Positions 57,645 through 60,083 of a DNA stretch of 60,083 nt are shown here, one piece after another; positions within the stretch are counted from its first letter, which is position 1, and each line of letters begins with the position of its first letter. Source of the DNA: Dysgonomonas sp. PH5-45. Its GTDB lineage: Bacteria; Bacteroidota; Bacteroidia; Bacteroidales; Dysgonomonadaceae. The notes beneath the pieces were generated by a model that was not told where the DNA came from, made no database searches, and saw only the letters and a list, made by a program, of their open reading frames with translations. The stretch is taken from positions 1 to 60,083 of the forward strand of contig NZ_JARXWE010000017.1 in NCBI RefSeq assembly GCF_029893235.1, read 5' to 3'. Both the position numbers and the translations under genes were made by a program.

Positions 57645-59180
57645 TTATCCTTTAGCCTCTGGCTCATCTTCTTCGGCCGAAGCCAAAGGGATGATAGGCG
57701 TCTTTGTATCTTCGCCTTTCAGGTAAGACGGAAGGTTCATTCCTGCAAGGTTAAACAAATCGTTCAACGGAGGAACGCTTTTCATCAGACCCGACAGAAA
57801 GTTGGCTGTGGACGTTTTTCCGTCTTCGCCGGCACCTTTGCCCGAATCCCAAACAGTAACTTTATCAATTTTGATGTTCTTGATAGCTTCAACCTGAGTT
57901 TTAACCAGTTCGGGAAGTTTTTCTATCAACAACAGCTGATAAGCTTCCGTTGGATTACCACCTGCGGCATCAACCATTTCTTTATAACCTTCGGCTTGTT
58001 TGGTAAGTATCTCGAAGAGACCTTTCGCTTCGGCTTCCATTTTTGCGAAGATAGCATCAGCTTCCCCTTTTGCCTGAAGTCTGATCTTTTCGGCTTGGGC
58101 TTCAGCATTGATTATAGCTTTTTTCTTTTCTATTTCAGCAGGAATAACAACGTTTGCAATCTGGGTTGAACGTTCCCTTTCGGAACGGGCAAGCTCGGCT
58201 TTCTGTTCGGCCTGATAAGCTTCTTCCAAAGCCTTGGCTTGTTGTACTTTCTCGGCCGAAATGGCAAGACGCATAGCCTCAGCTTCTCTTTCACGGCGCG
58301 AAGCATCCGAATTGGCAATCGTAATCTTAGCCTCATTCTCCCCTTGTATGGCTGTTGCATTGGCTTCCGAGGTTTTGACACGGGTATCTCTTGCGGCTTC
58401 GGCTTTACCGATAGATTCGTCTCTCGACGCCAAAGCGATGCTTACTTCACGGTCTTTTTGTGTGTTTGCAATCTTAACATCACGATCACGGTTCGTTTCG
58501 GCAATTTGCACGTCTCTTTCCCTATCGGCAAGAGCTTTACCGGTTTCCCCCATTTTTTCTTGCTCGGCAACGCTCACCTTAGCCTCATTGATGGCTTTGG
58601 CTGCCGCTTCTTTACCAAGAGCGTCGATATAGCCCGATTCATCGTTAATATCGGTTACGTTTACGTTGATAAGCTTCAAACCGATTTTACGCAATTCCGT
58701 ATCCACATTTATAGAGATGTTGTCGAGGAATTTATCACGGTCGGAGTTAATTTCTTCGATAGTCATCGTGGCAATAACCAAACGTAACTGCCCGAACAGG
58801 ATATCCTGAGCCAATTCTTGTATTTGAGCAGGTGTTAAACCTAAAAGACGTTCGGCCGCTGCGTTCATCGTATCTTTTTCGGTAGAGATGGCAATCGTAA
58901 ACCTACAAGGTACGTCCACGCGGATATTTTGCCTACTCAATGCACTGCGTAGGTTTGCCTCGATGGATATGGGTTTCAGGTCGAGAAACGCATAATCCTG
59001 AATAACAGGAATGATAAAGGCTCCACCGCCATGAACACATCGAGCCGAAGCTCCGCCCGTTTTTCCGTAAACAACCAATATCTTGTCCGACGGGCATCGC
59101 TTGTACCGGGAAGACAGAAATGCAATGAATAGAATTGCGGCAACTACAAGTATCGCAATCAGAATAATTCCAGAATCCAT
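57645..59180 (-). CDS. Flotillin/SPFH (band 7) family protein (YqiK-like)
   Basis: 511 aa. N-terminal TM anchor, SPFH domain, then a long Ala/Glu/Lys/Arg-rich coiled-coil (flotillin EA repeats). Confidence 0.85.
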   Translation of the reverse strand: MDSGIILIAILVVAAILFIAFLSSRYKRCPSDKILVVYGKTGGASARCVHGGGAFIIPVIQDYAFLDLKPISIEANLRSALSRQNIRVDVPCRFTIAISTEKDTMNAAAERLLGLTPAQIQELAQDILFGQLRLVIATMTIEEINSDRDKFLDNISINVDTELRKIGLKLINVNVTDINDESGYIDALGKEAAAKAINEAKVSVAEQEKMGETGKALADRERDVQIAETNRDRDVKIANTQKDREVSIALASRDESIGKAEAARDTRVKTSEANATAIQGENEAKITIANSDASRREREAEAMRLAISAEKVQQAKALEEAYQAEQKAELARSERERSTQIANVVIPAEIEKKKAIINAEAQAEKIRLQAKGEADAIFAKMEAEAKGLFEILTKQAEGYKEMVDAAGGNPTEAYQLLLIEKLPELVKTQVEAIKNIKIDKVTVWDSGKGAGEDGKTSTANFLSGLMKSVPPLNDLFNLAGMNLPSYLKGEDTKTPIIPLASAEEDEPEAKG

Positions 59181-59222
59181 AAATTTTTAAAGTGTTAAGT
59201 TATATATTGTTATATGTGAAAA

Positions 59223-59798
59223 TTAATTCAGAATAGTGGTGACAATCAGATTAGAACCATCTATATCCAGAACCTTAATGGTTGTTCCCGATTTTATAGG
59301 TTCTTTATCGGGCGTTATCGCTTCCAGTTCGTGTACAGAGCCTTTCACACTGATAAGCACTTTGCCTTTGCCTGTTTTCTGGGCAGGTATATTGAGGTAC
59401 ACATCGCCGGTTTTACCTATCGTTTCACCTATCTTGAAAGAATTGTCTTCTACCATCTTGAAAAAAGTTTTTATTATCAGATAGAAAACAAAAACAAAAA
59501 CGCAGCCTACAACAATCGACAATACCCCGAGTGCCAGAGGCGTTAACTGCCCATAAAACAAGACTCCGGCCCACCCTACACCAAGAAGGAAAAAAGTCAA
59601 TGTTTTGAGCGAAAATAAATGAAACGGACTTTCGCTGGCACCTAAATCGGCATCCGTATCAACATCGGCGTCTATATCCGAGTCTCCACCACCAACAAGC
59701 GATATGACCATTTGCAACACAAAAAGCAAACTTGCCCCAATAGCCACATACCAATATATTCTTTGGGTGGGATCCATATTTTCAAAAAACTCTTTCAT
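59223..59798 (-). CDS. NfeD/YqiJ-like membrane protein (flotillin partner) with a C-terminal OB-fold
   Basis: 191 aa with three TM helices and a C-terminal beta-rich soluble domain (GKVLISVKGSVHELEAITPDKEPIKSGTTIKVLDIDGSNLIV). Directly upstream of the flotillin gene. Confidence 0.65.
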   Translation of the reverse strand: MKEFFENMDPTQRIYWYVAIGASLLFVLQMVISLVGGGDSDIDADVDTDADLGASESPFHLFSLKTLTFFLLGVGWAGVLFYGQLTPLALGVLSIVVGCVFVFVFYLIIKTFFKMVEDNSFKIGETIGKTGDVYLNIPAQKTGKGKVLISVKGSVHELEAITPDKEPIKSGTTIKVLDIDGSNLIVTTILN

Positions 59799-59961
59799 TT
59801 TTCAAGACTTTTTACAATAATTAATCAATTTATATCTCTAATGCAAAAATACTACTGATGCGCTAATTTTTTAATTTCAACCGTAACGGGTTGATTATAT
59901 ATAAGATACAAGCGTTCTTTGATTTTTTGATTTGAATTGACCGTAGCTTTGCATCCTTACA

Positions 59962-60083
59962 AATTGCACGGTTATGAATTCAGGCAAATATGTTTTCTCT
60001 CAATTATTAGAGTTTGTTGACCGATATGAGTTTGCTAAATGCGTAAAACGCTATAGAGGCGATTATCGAGTCAGAGATTTCAA
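59962..60083 (+). CDS. IS4-family (DUF4372-containing) transposase, N-terminal fragment truncated by the right edge of the window
   Basis: ATG at 59962. Translation MNSGKYVFSQLLEFVDRYEFAKCVKRYRGDYRVRDF... matches the conserved DUF4372 N-terminus (M.(Q/K)GKYVF(A/S)QL..F.....F...V.KY.G..(Y/R)VR.F) of Bacteroidales IS4-like transposases, recognised from memory. Confidence 0.5.

Noticed and set aside
58130-58787. Several ORFs on both strands inside the flotillin gene
   Set aside because: They arise from the Ala/Glu/Lys repeat region, whose codons are stop-poor in other frames. Flotillin is the real gene.
1-60083. CRISPR arrays, rRNA genes, additional tRNAs
   Set aside because: No regularly spaced short repeats and no rRNA-like conserved blocks. 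Only one tRNA-like GGTTCGAATCC T-arm motif was found, in tRNA-Pro.

Overview
Bacteroidales-type chromosomal segment with about 43% GC, signal-peptide/lipoprotein-rich ORFs and T9SS C-terminal sorting domains. About 90% is densely packed housekeeping genes. It is bounded at both window edges by truncated IS transposase genes: an IS982-like fragment on the minus strand at the left, and an IS4/DUF4372-like fragment on the plus strand at the right. Recognisable blocks, left to right: (1) a TPP-riboswitch-controlled thiamine uptake/salvage operon (TonB-dependent receptor, PnuC-type transporter, thiamine pyrophosphokinase); (2) yceD-rpmF-fabH-era; (3) an outer-membrane/lipoprotein cluster, then menA followed by an LCM/TcmP-type methyltransferase; (4) LysE exporter, corA, eptA-like transferase, hflX followed by a DUF4954-like gene; (5) methylmalonyl-CoA mutase mutA/mutB; (6) the nadA-nadB-nadC operon, mazG, dsbD; (7) a glycosyltransferase and rfbD; (8) an M1 aminopeptidase with a T9SS C-terminal domain, then a thioredoxin-fold/outer-membrane-protein cluster; (9) a giant fused 2-hydroxyacyl-CoA-dehydratase/activase ORF; (10) dapA, ligA, argC, and a flotillin/NfeD pair. 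The outstanding feature is a markedly AT-rich insertion of about 2 kb (roughly 38.9-40.9 kb) sitting between the rfbD terminator and a tRNA-Pro(UGG) gene. It is bounded by a perfect 18-bp direct repeat, AACTCTATATATAAAGCT. It carries a single gene whose N-terminal half is a ThsA-like SIR2 domain (the GAGIS, TTNWD and KIHGS motifs are all present). Its C-terminal half of about 200 aa is not the SLOG domain of canonical Thoeris ThsA, and no TIR, HerA or other partner gene is present. I interpret this as a candidate stand-alone, SIR2-based anti-phage defence cassette of an undescribed architecture. No CRISPR array and no rRNA genes were seen.
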